Assembly: GCA_951406725.2 (NCBI GenBank)
Contig: OX597836.1
Location: 1,612,001-1,676,000 of the forward strand
DNA length: 64,000 nt
From: Octopus vulgaris
Taxonomy: Eukaryota
Direction of reading: 5' to 3'
Part shown: positions 1 through 14,034 of the stretch, in pieces
How the letters are laid out: every line of letters starts with the position of its first letter
Numbering within the stretch: position 1 is the first letter of the stretch
The notes under the pieces: model-generated
Database searches by the model: none
Seen by the model: only the letters and a program-made list of their open reading frames with translations
Told to the model about the DNA's origin: nothing
Translations under genes and position numbers: made by a program

Positions 1-18
1 ACTACTACTACAACTACA

Positions 19-76
<58 letters not shown>

Positions 77-115
77 ATAATAATAATAATAATAATAATA
101 ATTGTAATAATTATA

Positions 116-980
116 TCAGGCTGTGTAAAAAGTAAGCAACGTTTTAAAACCTGAAATTCATCACAATATATTTGAACAATTCTTCAGAGTAAGTCCCATT
201 CAATCAACACATTTTTGCCAGCAAGTTACAGGTATGTTTATTCCGGTAACGTAAATATCTGGATTTCTGGAGCTGATGAACAACTTTGAATGCACTTTTC
301 TCTCGCATGAAGCCGTCAATGTGCTTGAAAAAGTGGTAGTCGGTAGGAGAAAGGTCTGGGGAATAAGCTGGGTGAGAAAGAACTTCGGAGCTAAGTTCCC
401 TCAACTTCTGGAGCGTCATTAGTGAAACGTGTGGGCGAGCATTGTCATGAAGAATGATTGGCCCACTTCTGTTGACCAGTCTGGGACGGAGGAGTAGGAT
501 ATTTTCGTTCATTTTGGCAACCTCATGGCAATATGTTTCTACAGAAATGACTTTTCCGGGTTTTCAGAAGTTATAGTAGATAAATTCAGCAGTATACTAC
601 CAAAGAGTCACCATAACCAATTTTTTAAGACTCGGGTTTAGGGAAGGCTTTCAGAGTTTTATATTGGTCCAACCACTGCGAAGAACGTGTTTTAATTATT
701 GTACAGAATCCACTTTTCATCGCAAGTTACAATACGGTCGAGAAAGAGATCGGTCTGGTTACAGCGAAACGACGAGCTAATTTCATATCTGCGCATTTTC
801 TGATTTTCCTTCAAATCCTATGGAACCCATTTGTCGAGCCTTTTTTGATTTTCCAATCGCATGCAAATGGTTGCAGATAGTTTTCTGGCTAACTTGAAGT
901 TCTTTTGTCAGTTCTCAAGTGGTTTTACATGGATCTTTCTCAGTGGCGGTTCTGCCAGTTGTTATCTTCCGAATAACAAA
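116..980 (-). mobile_element. Degenerate mariner (Tc1/mariner) DNA transposon, 3' portion with transposase pseudogene
   Basis: ORF 204-512 has HDNARPH and HPAYSPDLSPTDYHFF. Manual minus-strand translation upstream gives KRLDKWVP (~822-848) and FLDRIVTCDEKWILYNN* (~695-747). Stops and frameshifts are present. A possible TIR end TA|TCAGGCTG lies near 116. Confidence 0.92.
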
Positions 981-1266
981 AGCATGCCAAGAGAAAGCCT
1001 ATGCACTTGTGTCATGCACTTTACCTCGCGTTTTAATAAATTTACTTGTGAGAAACAACAATACTGATTATTATTATTTCAAAACTTAAAAAAACAAACA
1101 ACTTTTCGTCGAGAAACGTAATGAGTTTAAGAAGGAGAGATTATGGCTGTTATCAATTTCGGAAGGGAGAATATTCACAGATAAATCCGAGAGTATAAGA
1201 AAAGTAGATTTAATTCAATGCCGCAAGACATAAAATTCCAGCATTTTATCGATTCGAAATATGATG

Positions 1267-1315
<49 letters not shown>

Positions 1316-1915
1316 GAAGATGTAAATATGTATAAATAGCAATTCCTTATTAGACCTTACTTCGCGAGTGTTTACAACGTGCTGCGCTCCACCACCAACA
1401 GGCCGCCATTACATCCATCTCTACCAACAACAACAACAATAACAACAGCAAGAACAATAATGAGAAGAAGAACAACATTGATGACGTAAAAACAACAACG
1501 AAAACAATTTGATGTTACGAAAGAAAAAAATAAACGCGAATGCAAACAGTTCAAATAATAAAAAAAACACTATGAAATTAACATAAAACAACAACAAGAA
1601 TTGTAGTGGAGGTGGAAAAAAGTAATTATTGTAATAACTACAGCATTTGATTGGCTGGGCTAACGATGTAGTTATGGAGAAGGAGAAAGCGATGAAAGCT
1701 TAACGCAGAGTTAAGTCATAAACGATTTCTTGCAGGTTGTCAAAGACGCGTTCAGCTTCATAGACAAACCACGAAACAGGGAAGATACGTTAGAAGACCA
1801 AAAAAAATGACTGCTCCTCTTTTGATGTGACTCATGCAATGTCATGTAGATAGCATGCATCTACATCTACGTAAATATATACGTATATATAGATACATAC
1901 ATATATATAGATATA

Positions 1916-2147
1916 AGGCAGCGAGCTGGCAGAAACGCTAGCGCGCCGGGCGAAATGCTTTGCGGTATTTCGTCTGCCGCTACGTTCTGAGTTCAAATTC
2001 CGACGAGGTCGACTTTGCCTTTCATCCATTCGGGGTCGATAAATAAAGTACCAGTTACGCACTGGGGTCGATGTAATCGACTTAATACCTATGTCTGTCC
2101 TTGTTTGTCCCCTCTGTGTTTAGCCCCTAGTGGGTAGTAAAGAAATA
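1916..2147 (+). mobile_element. tRNA-derived SINE family A, full length, tail type 1
   Basis: A-box-like AGCTGGCAGAA, B box GAGTTCAAATTCC, central GTCGACTTTGCCTTTCATCC..GGGGTCGATAAATAAAGTACCAG domain. Several homologous copies occur in the window. Confidence 0.88.
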
Positions 2148-2682
2148 TAGATATATAGATATATGCACAGGCGTCTACATACCCCCCGCCCCACATACAT
2201 ATAATATACAAATATTTGTCGATTGTGTTCGTGTCAGCATACTCATAGGTGTGTTGTGTTCGTATACACCTGTGCTTGTTTCTACATATGCATGGATAAA
2301 AGTTCGCCTGCAGTGGTTTTTTAAAATTTTATAAATCTGTATGTGACTTGTTTCACAGATGCACATATAATGCATCCATGCACACACACACGCGTAAACG
2401 TATATATTTATATGTATATTTGCATATATACATAAACATACGTATATGTGTCTGAGGTGGTGTATATGCGTGTGTGTGCGTGTGTGTAAGACTGTGAAAA
2501 TGTATACGTATTATTTTTTTATAACACTGATAGTAATTTGAACACAGTTTTTGTAGGAAAAATACATATTCCACACAAAGAATGCAGTAGTCTTTTAGTT
2601 TAATGTAAATCTTTGAATATAAATATAAATATCAGGATACATATGTGTGTGTATGTGTATATATATATATACATATATATGC

Positions 2683-2742
<60 letters not shown>

Positions 2743-3869
2743 ATATATATTTATATGTTTGTGTGTATATATACATATGTATGTAAGTATGGGGATCGAC
2801 AACTCAGTACATTTGATAGAGTACTGAGGCGATACATCATTTGTGTTAATTCAGTAAGTTTTCAGATATTGTTATTTAGAGATAGATTCCCCGAGGCAAG
2901 CCGCAGGAAGAGGTGACTTTTGATGAGCTTTCCCGTGCATTCGTTGATGCAGCAGTAATGGCGGTTATCGATGCATCATCTCACTCAACGAAAATTCTCT
3001 CTTCCAGGCGATCGTAGTAAATGCTCGTCTCCAGGCACGAAACTGCCGGTAACGAGATATAAACTAACCTGCCTCTGTGTGTGTGTGTGTATACATACAT
3101 ACACACATACATACATACATACATACACACATACATACATACATACTTACACACACACACACACACACACATATACATATGCTCAAATATCGCTGAATTT
3201 CAAGGCAAATATTACATATATACACATGTATATATGTGCAGACGTTATTGTCTACATTTTTAGTTCTCTATCAACAAGTTCCATAATGTCGCTCACTATT
3301 GCACATTAATTTAAAGTACATGCAAATATTATGTTCAAAGCAGAATTAAAAAAAAGATAAAAAGAAGCAGACATCTTTAAACATTCGATGGTTGTTCTAC
3401 AAATCTAACACTGTATATTCACAGCAGGTGATTATATGCTGTTTCTGCGTAATTTGAAACATTGACCAATTTTCCTACTAATTATTTCTGTAATTATATA
3501 TTTCTTTGCAGATTAATTAGTCTGCAAGATTAAAAATAAATTAGCGGTTCTGTTTATGTAATTATCAACTAAATACTTTTATCTCGCAAAGACATAACAG
3601 ATTTATAAAACGGAAGATTATAATGTCTATTGATAATAACAAAAAATCTTGGACGTTGTTTGGCTGTGTGTGTTTTAGTGTTTGTCTTGTATCTCTTGTA
3701 TCTGTTTCTCGAGGTGTGTCTGTATGCATGAGTGGATACGTACGCATGACTATCTGTATGTATATTCGTTCATCATCTATCTACAGCTGCATGTGGACGT
3801 ATGCATATACATATGTGTGTGTGTGTATCTAGGTAAGTATATGTGTGTGTGTATATATTACTCTTTTTT

Positions 3870-4080
3870 TTTTACTTGTTTCAGTCATTTGACTGCGGCC
3901 ATGCTGGAGCAGAGCCTTTAGTCGAGCAACTCGACCCCGGGACTTATTCTTTGTAAGCCCAGTACTTATTCTATCGGTCTCTTTTGCCGAACCGCTAAGT
4001 TACGGGGATATAAACACACCAGCATCGGTTGTCAAGCAATGCTAGGAGGACAAACACAGACACACAAACATACACGCACA

Positions 4081-4148
<68 letters not shown>

Positions 4149-4306
4149 TACGACGGGCTTCTTTCAGTTTCCGTCTACCAAATCCACTCACAAGGCTCAG
4201 ATCGGCCCGAGGCCAAAGCAGAAGACACTTGCCCAAGGTGCCACGCAGTGGGACCGAACCCGGAACCATGTGTTAGTAAGCAAGTTACTTACCACACAGC
4301 CACGCC
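3870..4306 (-). mobile_element. tRNA-derived SINE family B with CORE-like motif and internal (TA)/(TG) microsatellite
   Basis: Minus strand reads GGCGTGGCTGTGTGGTAAG...GGTTC..CCTTGGGCAAGTG...microsatellite...CTCCAGCATGGCCGCAGTCAAATGACTGAAACAAG. Homologous to 49791-50200. Confidence 0.88.
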
Positions 4307-4328
4307 ATATATATATGTATATTCTTTC

Positions 4329-4537
4329 TTTTACTTGTTTCAGTCATTTAACTGCGGCCATGCTGGAGCACCGCCTTTAGTCAGACAAATCGACCTCAGG
4401 GCTTATTCTCTGTAAGCCTATTACTTTTTCCATCGGTTTTTATAGCCGAACCGCTAGATTACGGAGACGTAAACACATCAACATCGATAATCAGGCGGTG
4501 GTGGGGTGAACAAACACACACAAAAATACATACACAC

Positions 4538-4578
<41 letters not shown>

Positions 4579-4716
4579 ACGTGCTTCTTTCAGTTTCTTA
4601 TAAAGCTATGGCCGACCCGAGGCTATAGGAGAAGACACTTGCCCAACGTACCACGTAGTGGGACTGAACACGGAACCATGTGGTTGGGAAGCATGCTTCT
4701 TACCACACAACCACAC
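4329..4716 (-). mobile_element. SINE family B, second copy in tandem
   Basis: Same head, internal (TA)n and tail as 3870-4306, with a small internal deletion. Confidence 0.85.
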
Positions 4717-4717
4717 T

Positions 4718-4760
<43 letters not shown>

Positions 4761-4776
4761 GCGTATATATATGTTA

Positions 4777-4868
<92 letters not shown>

Positions 4869-5119
4869 TATACATACATATGCTTACATAGATACACACA
4901 GACGCACAGGCATCACACACACGATTCCGTCTGTGTTTATCAGTGTGTCTAGAAACCTTTTATCTGCCGATGTTTATCTTGTATGTGTATCCGCCTTCAC
5001 TTACTCACTTGTTAAAGATATGATCACTGTTCCACCTTTTGTTTCAGCTAGCATTTCCTCTCTTCTGCCCCTCCGTCTATCTCTCTCTCTCTCACACACA
5101 TACACTCACATCACACACA

Positions 5120-5210
<91 letters not shown>

Positions 5211-5924
5211 ACACACTCATATCGTTCTCGTCCTTCCTCCGCACCTATATATATATAATTCGCATCACTCAGCATTTATATCTGCTGACTAACAGGTAAC
5301 ATTTAGCAAACGTGTTCCGCGTTCCGCTAATCTCGCAAGATGATTCGAAATAATTAATTGTCAGTTTTCGACAAAGTCAAAACACAAGACGGAGTGTATC
5401 ACTGTATGGCCACTCGAGCTGCTAGAAATAACAACCGCATTATAATGCACTGGGTTAGAAAGTGGTGAGTCCTTGGGACATTGGAGATAGAAGGCTTAAT
5501 CATTTCTTGGATGTGTGCCTTATCTTTCTCTTGAAAATTTCAAAGGAGACTCTCTTTGCGAGAGATTCTCAAGTATCATCTTGCCAGCTGTACCGAAGCC
5601 TAAAAGGATGAGAGAGGAAGAGAGAATAAAAGAGAGTGTGTGAGAGTGAGAAAGAGAGAGAAGGAGAGAGAGAGAGAATGAGAGAAAGAGAGAGAGACAA
5701 GAATCGATGCCAGTATCTGATTGGTATTTAAAATGCTCCAAGAACATGGGAAAACGAATTTCCGGCTTTTATTAAAATTCTTTTTCTGTTTTTTTTTTTA
5801 CGTCCAATGAATCAACGGTCTCATCCGGGCTATGGGCTCGCAGTATCGATTTCGCAGATTTTGTGGTGTATGTATTCGTCGGCTCGGATGAGTCCATCGC
5901 AGGATAAGTTTCTTTCGCGAGCTT

Positions 5925-6050
5925 ACTGAATTGGAGCGATGTGAAGTAAAGTGTTTTGCTGAAGATCAAAATTCACCTCCCGATCCAGCAATGGAAACCG
6001 GAATCTTACGATTGAGGTTTCCATTCCTGGAATATAGATACACACTGGCC
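5925..6050 (-). mobile_element. Diverged SINE family C head fragment
   Basis: Similar to 62935-63060 and 26945-27080 (GGAGC..GTGA..T.AAGTGT.TTGCT.AAGA motif). Confidence 0.5.
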
Positions 6051-6352
6051 TCTTGGCCAGATCATGGAAACTGCACGCTACCCCTTACCCACGTGACTTC
6101 ACACAGCCACGCACGCACACATATATCTATATACATAAACATATACATATATACATACATTTACATGTCTACATGTATACAGGGACAGACAGTCATACAA
6201 GAATATATATAATATATCAAAATATATCTATATCTCTATATACTGACATATTTGTTTGTCTCGCTGTATGTGTGGAAGCATTCCAGTGTGTATATGTGGG
6301 CACCCCTCTCTATCTCTATATCCCTCCCTCACTCTGTTTTCTCTCTCTCTCT

Positions 6353-6413
<61 letters not shown>

Positions 6414-6529
6414 ATATACATATATATATACATTTATATATATATATATATATATATATCCACAAAAATACACACAAAGGGAAACGTGTATATACATATT
6501 TATATATATATAGAGAGAGAAACACAAAC

Positions 6530-6702
6530 ATGCATGCATACATACATACATTCATACATACATACATACATACATACATACACACATACATACACACACA
6601 CATACATACATACATACATACATACATACATACATACATACATACATACATACATACATACATACATACATACATACATACATACATACATACATACATA
6701 CA

Positions 6703-6736
<34 letters not shown>

Positions 6737-6811
6737 CATACATACATACATACATACAATACATACATACATACATACATACATACATACATACATACAT
6801 ACATACATACA

Positions 6812-6845
<34 letters not shown>

Positions 6846-6909
6846 CATACATACATACATACATGCATACAATACATACACACATACATACATACATACA
6901 TACATACAA

Positions 6910-6943
<34 letters not shown>

Positions 6944-7023
6944 CATACATACACACATACATACATACATACACACATACATACAATACAATACATACAT
7001 ACATACATACACACATACATACA

Positions 7024-7054
<31 letters not shown>

Positions 7055-7177
7055 CATACATACACACATACATACATACATACATACATACATACATACA
7101 TACATACATACATACATACATACATACATACATACATACATACATACATACATACAATACATACATACATACATACA

Positions 7178-7211
<34 letters not shown>

Positions 7212-7322
7212 CATACATACATACATACATGCATACAATACATACATACATACATACATACATACATACATACATACATACATACATACATACATACATG
7301 CATACAATACATACATACACAT
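6530..7322. repeat. Long (CATA)n microsatellite, about 790 bp, with CAATA and CATG variants
   Basis: Directly visible. It accounts for the overlapping 259-423 aa ORFs. Confidence 0.98.
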
Positions 7323-7790
7323 AAGTGACACTGCCCGCTGGCAATGTAATCTTATTCAATTCAAGAAAGAAAAGGAAAAAAAAAATGATACACAAGACAT
7401 TATTTCACAGAACACGGATTCCTTCTCAACACAAAACCTAACTGATTTACATTAGAAAAATTAGATTAATACCGAGACCAAATGTATATAACATAAGGTG
7501 GTGTGCCTACTGCGCCATATACAACAACTGCAACAACAACAGCAGGCATCATAGCCATGAACACATAATGAAAAAAAATTAGCCACGGACACATTTAACT
7601 TGATTAAAGCCGCAGGAATTTTGAGCTCCGTATGTTGTATTTTCTTGGAAATCCTTGAGGCGAAGGTAAGATATTTCCTTCCGAGAAGAAACTCTACAAA
7701 ACCATCTGTTAAGGTAGAATACAAAAGAGTGAAATAATTTGCGACATTGTGTAGGATGTATGCCCCAGAGGGTTTCGCGTTCTAAATATG

Positions 7791-7829
<39 letters not shown>

Positions 7830-10401
7830 TGAACGGTGATGTTAGGAGAACGCTGCCTTCCTGATTTCGATTCTCATCGCCTCCTTTTCAGCCATTTCAC
7901 ATTACTTATGCTGACTCGTTTTGGATGATAAAACCTGCACACAAGCAAATACATCATCCTACATTTGTATTTCACTGGCCTCTTATTGTCCATATTACGT
8001 CACACTTCAAATCTCTCCATTAACTCTCTGTACATAGTTTAACCTGCGAGTTAGAGATGCTGCCACATAACATAATCGGAATGTCACCATTTTTGACTTC
8101 ACATTCTTACCAAAACAAACCTCATACTCATCGCAAGCCTTCTACCTCTGTGAGTTCCTCACAACATTTCCCATTGCCAAATTCGTTTTACATGAAATAC
8201 AATATAAAATTCTATTAAAGTTTGTTTGTTTTACTTGCAACACAATAATGAATGCGTCTTTAATGAGGGGAAAGATGAAACGGAATAGAAAAATGTGTTA
8301 TGATATATGCAAGCGAAATGGTGACATTTAAATTCTCTTCCATCACTGAAGTTAGCCATTTTTTTTAGTACTATTGTACCTTCTCTACAATGTGTTGAGA
8401 CTTAGGCGATATTTAACCAGATTTTTTTAACGTCTTACTTTCAAAGAGGAATCTGATAAGGAAAACCATAAAGGAAAAATACATGATAAATATATAATTA
8501 AATTATATGCTTATAAACAATATCATATATATACATATACGTTTACATACTTACAACACGCATATGGATATCTCTAAACGAATACATACAGGCTTACACA
8601 CCTACAGGAATGCATATACATACAAATACCCGCTTACAAACACAAGTTACGTGACACAACCATATGTATATACATACACACATATATACGTCTGAATATA
8701 TTTATATATGTAAGAGCGTATGTACAGTATGTGTGTATGTGTGTGTGCGTGTATACACATATTACATCTTTTCTCATTCTTTTCTCCTAACTATTTATAT
8801 TATGTTCGTTTCCTTATCTACGAAACTTATAGTCATTAAATCCAAATTCCTCAGCATTTCTCACAAATTATTCGCTGCTTCGTTTCCGGTAATACTTAAA
8901 ATTCACTTTCTCTTTTGGATCTCATTAAATTATAAAGGATAACTTGTACCGTTCGTTCTTCTATCTCTGTCTCTGCACCTCGGAACGTTTAATATTGTTT
9001 CTCCTTCTTGTTGTTGGTTTTCTTGCTTTTCTTTTTTTGCTGTATCTCCTTTGTTTCTCCCGGGTTTTCTTTGCCCTCCACTTCCTTATCTTATTGTTTC
9101 ATGTATTCTTTAGTAGTCAGAAGGTGAGTTGAAAGTTTGAACCATATTTTACAGTTATTTTTTGCGGTAAGACCGAACACGTAGAGTTTCTTTCTTGGTT
9201 GTCACGAGAGACAAAAACAAAAAACATGTTTGTTAGTGTTATTGTTGGCTGTTATAAGCCCCATGTGAACCCTGATCGAGAATGTCTACCCAAGTTGTCT
9301 TAAACTAATTGTCTGCTTATATTCCCCATATAACCGCCTCACATTTCACATTCGTATAGCACTGAAGTTTTTACCCGAAGCTCTTATGATTATGCCCCAA
9401 GACATCTCTCGCAAATTCTCACCATTAAACCATATTAAATAGTGAGTACACGATTAACCCAACATGTCCCAGAAGTCAGAAGAAGAAAACAAAACTGCCA
9501 AATATGAAAACTCCATAAGAATCTGCTCACTTTTCTCATCGATACCGGTAGAACACCGATTTTACCCAGAACCAGAATGGTCACATTCCAGCCGTGGTCA
9601 TTCAGTCTTTTCTCGCTTATTTCTTCCTCGTCCTTTATTCTTTTTGCTTTCTCTTACTCGCTTCAGTCATTGGTCGACGGCCATGCTGGAACACCGCCTT
9701 AAAAGGTTTAGTTTAACACACCCACACACACATACGCACGCACAAACACACACAAGCGCACACACGCAGGCGCACACACGCATACACGCACGCATGCATA
9801 CACACGCACTGTCGTTATTAGTAGGCATATATGATTTGCTACGGAGTAATGAGCTTTGCTAATTACTTTATGTGTTAATGAAGTTATTCGCAGATATACA
9901 ACGACTGATCCAATGAAGTATCCAACAGGTAATGGCTGGAGACAGTGAGGGCCGCACCAGCACTCAGCTAGGGCTCATTTCAACCGAAAGCCCTGACACA
10001 AACTAAAACGAACTATTTTGGCCAAAGTCGAAACGCGCAGCCGTCTGCATGAACCGAAACTTCAACCATACATTCAAAAGACCAACCAGTCGCAGCCACA
10101 CAGACGTAGGCCTTCACATCAGTCGATTACTTGCGTACATTGTTCATTCATTCGATCAGCCATGAACGAGCAGAGCCAGAGTTCAAAGATTTGCTAGTCG
10201 ACCATTCCATCTGCTTTGTAAGGCTTTCATACGCGTTGCAACATATTCTAGAATGGCGTGCTTCCTTTTTTTTTATTTTGGATAATTTAAAGAAGGTTTT
10301 ATAGCCATTTCTTTTAGGTCCATCAACCAAATATATATTCTTATATTTTTCTTGAGACCAAGAGTATTTGTGATTGTTGCTGCTCTTGAGCAACACGTCC
10401 T

Positions 10402-10483
<82 letters not shown>

Positions 10484-10494
10484 ATATATATATA

Positions 10495-10665
10495 TATTTC
10501 TAAAGTTCGGTATGTGGTGAAGCAAATTTTTTTTTTTGCTGAACCCTAATTATATTCATAATTATAAAAAATATTGTTTAAGTTTACCGAAAATGGTCCT
10601 TTTAACATGCCGAATACTACTTCGTGGAATTATTAATTAATTAATTAATTTTACACTTTATTATT
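10495..10665 (+). repeat. Fragment homologous, in opposite orientation, to the end of the HHR-bearing element at 28322-28475
   Basis: CCCTAATTATA...AAATGGTCCTTTT.ACAT...AATTAATTAATTAATTTTAC is the reverse complement of 28334-28428. Confidence 0.7.
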
Positions 10666-11236
10666 ATTGATGATATATATATGTGTGTGTGTGTGAGTGT
10701 GTGTGTATGTGTGTGTGTGTGTGTATGTGTGTGTGTGTTTGAAAAGAATAAAGCTTGACGAAGCAATGTTTTGGCTGCTAGACCTAGCACATCAAGTGAC
10801 AATATAGGTGCGCTCCGTTCATTCATGACGAAAACCCAGCATGAACTTAAGATTCGTCTTATTACGTCTCGTATTTTTACATGTTCTCAAATAAAGTCGA
10901 CTTTGCATTCGGGTTAATCTCTGAGTGATCGACCGATTAATGAAATCTGTACCAGTTGGTGGTACTTTGATCGATGCTATTGACCCAACCAAATTTACAG
11001 CAAAAATAAAAGACAAAACCAAACAAACATTCTGGCTTGATACCAACGAGAGAAATTGTTATAAAGATTACATATATATTTGCTGGCCAGTTGTTGGCAC
11101 AAAATGCAATTTTCTATAAATACCTCAATGGAAAAAATACACACCAACGCAAATATAGGCAGAAGCCTACAAAACCAGGCATTTTCTCATTTCTATGTAT
11201 GTATGTATGTATGTATGTATGTATGTATTAATGAGA

Positions 11237-11445
11237 AGGCGGTAAGCTGGCGGAATCGTTAGCCAGTCGGACAAAATAAGCAGTGGTATTTCGTCTGCTG
11301 TTACGTTCTGGGTTCAAATTTTACCGAATTCTTTGCTTTCATCCTTTCGCGGTAGATAAAACAAGTTCCAGGTGAACTACGGGGGGTCAATGTAATCGAC
11401 ATACTCCCCCTCCAAAATTGCTGACCATGTACCATAATTTGAAAC

Positions 11446-11446
<1 letters not shown>
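11237..11446 (+). mobile_element. SINE family A, tail type 2
   Basis: Same head, B box and central domain as 1916-2147. Tail is CCCCTCCAAAATTGCTG..C..GT.CC..AATTTGAAACC. Confidence 0.82.
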
Positions 11447-11503
<57 letters not shown>

Positions 11504-11514
11504 GTATTAATATG

Positions 11515-11727
11515 TCGGTGTGCTGGCAGAATGGTTAGCGCGCTTGGCAAGATGCTTCGCGGCATTCCATCCTTCTTTACGTTCTGAGTTCATATTCCGC
11601 CGATGTCGACGTTGCTTTCCATCATTTCGTGGTCAATAGAATTTAGTACCAGTTGAGCACTGGGGTCTATGAAACGACTTAATCCCTTCTCCGAAATTGT
11701 TGGCCTTGTGCAGTAAACTGAAACCAA
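11515..11727 (+). mobile_element. SINE family A, tail type 2
   Basis: Homologous to 11237-11446. Confidence 0.82.
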
Positions 11728-12394
11728 TAGACGTGTATTGATGTGTGTGTTTCCCATATTAAGTAACGCCAACTTCAGCAAAATAATGTCTGGAGTAGAA
11801 AGATCAAAGCAAGAGCAGAAACGAAGTTTGTACGGCGGCAGATAGAAGTGTGTTTCCGCATAAAGACCTGCTTCTTGATAAAACGTCCAACGAAGGTTAT
11901 TAATAGACATCCAGTGTTCCGTTGCTTTCTATTGATTTATTGTGTTCTAGGATGGGGGTGTTACAGGGGTTCTCCTCTTGGCACGATTCTCATGTGTTAG
12001 TGTAATGTGTGTGGAGTCTGTGGGTGAGGTTATTTTAACTTGATTGCGTTTCTTTGTTTTGTATTTGTTGTTTGATTTTTTTCGTTCGATTTCATTTTGT
12101 TATTATTGTTTCTTCTGTTTTCGAGGAAGAATTGATTCGAGGTAAAAATAGATTACACTTTGCACACAAGATTATAATTATATGTGTGTGTATGTGTTCG
12201 TACCTGTCTGTGTGCCTGTGAGTGTATGTACGCACACACACACACACATGCACACACATATGTACACACATACATACGTACATATATATATAGTACAAAC
12301 ATACATATTTACTTACATATGTGTGTGTATATATTATATGTATATATACACACATACATATGTAGATATGTATGTTTGTCCCTATCACTAAGAC

Positions 12395-12790
12395 GCTCTG
12401 CATTAGACATTATCTGAAGCGTATGATCCAGTCAATTTCATTTTGGGCACTGTGCGATTGGGACTATCCAGCTCCATCTCCTTCCTGATTGCTTCCTGAA
12501 TGGACTGTTCCCAACGTAAAGCCTTCTTGCTGCTGCCATGGTAACCAAGCATTTACCGCCTTCATTTATGCCTCGATCCAAACGTTCAGACATATTTCTC
12601 TACCTGCCGTCCTTTTCCAACCTTTGCGTTGAGATCTCTCTTTACTACAGCGTAAGTAGATTTGCGAACTTGGGCAGTTCCTACCTCACGATAGACTACT
12701 TCCATTTCATCACCATCGCTAGGATTTTATAAATTTATAGATCTTGAAGATCTTCAAGATGGCATTTCTTGGGAGACGGACATTTATCAC
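12395..12790 (-). pseudogene. RTE-type LINE AP-endonuclease fragment, inverted segment
   Basis: Manual minus-strand translation gives DLNAKVGKGRQVEKYV and RRLYVGNSPFRKQSGRRWSW. This matches the GDFNAKVG / NTxF.K..RKWTW pattern of RTE endonucleases. Confidence 0.75.
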
Positions 12791-12819
12791 TCCGATGCGT
12801 GGATATTACCGTGGAGATG

Positions 12820-13572
12820 GTGAGATCGCCGTGCAACAGCAAGAAATACAATGAAATCAAAGAGAAGAAGGCTCTGGACATCTCAATGAAGAATCAACGC
12901 ATCAAGGCACAATTGTAAGATGCTCTCATGAGGGAAGCTTGAAGTGATGTTGAGAGGTAGATGGAGACTTCAATTCACTTGTTTAGAATATTAGGAGCTG
13001 CGTTTGGAAGGCAATAACTGCAAGTGAACGAAAGCCTCACCGAAGAATCTTGGAGGAAACGAAGAAAATGCTGGAGAAATGGAAAACTTTGAAGAGAGAC
13101 ATAAAAGATTAGCTAGAAATCGATTTGGAGAATTGTAGATTGAAGAAGCTCATAGATTCTGTACAGGAGAAATAATTTGAAAAAACGTAGGAGGGAGCTG
13201 TCTCTCTATACCTCAGTGATGACGCTCTTAAGAATAAGGATGGGCTTACAGTGGCAGACAGAAGGGAAATGTAAGAGGCACACAAACCTTACTATACCGA
13301 CCTTTTTAAATCATCAGTGAAGATCGATCCTTCAGTGTCGCAAATATTGGAAAAAATGCCACATATTCTGATCAGTGAAGTTGAGAAAGACTTCAAGTTG
13401 AAGAAAGGAGAAACAGTTCGAGGAAAGGATGGCATAACAACTGAGGTGCCAAGATGCATCAATCGCTAATTGAAAGAGACGAAAATATCTTCGTTATGGA
13501 AAGAGTAGAATACCATCTTGTTCATAAGAAAGATGATAAAGATTTAAGAAACTATGACCTAGTCTCACATTT
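12820..13572 (+). pseudogene. RTE-type LINE linker and start of RT, decayed
   Basis: Plus strand gives ISEVEKDFKLKKGETVRGKDGITTEV, then WKE*NTIL..HKKDDKDLRNY. This matches EV..LK.GKAPG.DGI..E and KKGD..DL.NYRPI. Confidence 0.75.
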
Positions 13573-13821
13573 AGATGTGTGTGTGTAAATGTACATGTAT
13601 ACACACTCACACACACACGCACATATATTTATTATATGTACGTGAGAGATTATCTAAATTAATATCTATCTATAACTATTAATACTCACATTCATAGACA
13701 AACATCTACACAAACTCATATGTCCGTATGTACGCATGCTTTATATATTCTTTTCTATGTATATCTACAAAAATACATAGGTATCTGTAGGTATTATATG
13801 AACATATGAACGTACGTATAA

Positions 13822-13882
<61 letters not shown>

Positions 13883-13955
13883 TATACACATATATATATG
13901 TATATTTATATATGTATGTATATGTATGTATATGTATATGTATGTATATGTATAT

Positions 13956-14034
<79 letters not shown>

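Noticed and set aside
1916-2000. tRNA genes suggested by A/B boxes
   Set aside because: These are SINE heads followed by SINE bodies. No cloverleaf is evident.
2860-3060. Possible small host exons (AG...GT-bounded GC-richer segments)
   Set aside because: No recognisable protein motif and no supporting neighbouring exons.
6053-7395. Long overlapping ORFs of 259-423 aa
   Set aside because: They are translations of (CATA)n and (TA)n, which lack stop codons. The same applies to the YIYI, HTHT, LSIY, poly-S/V/I/N and ERER ORFs across the window.
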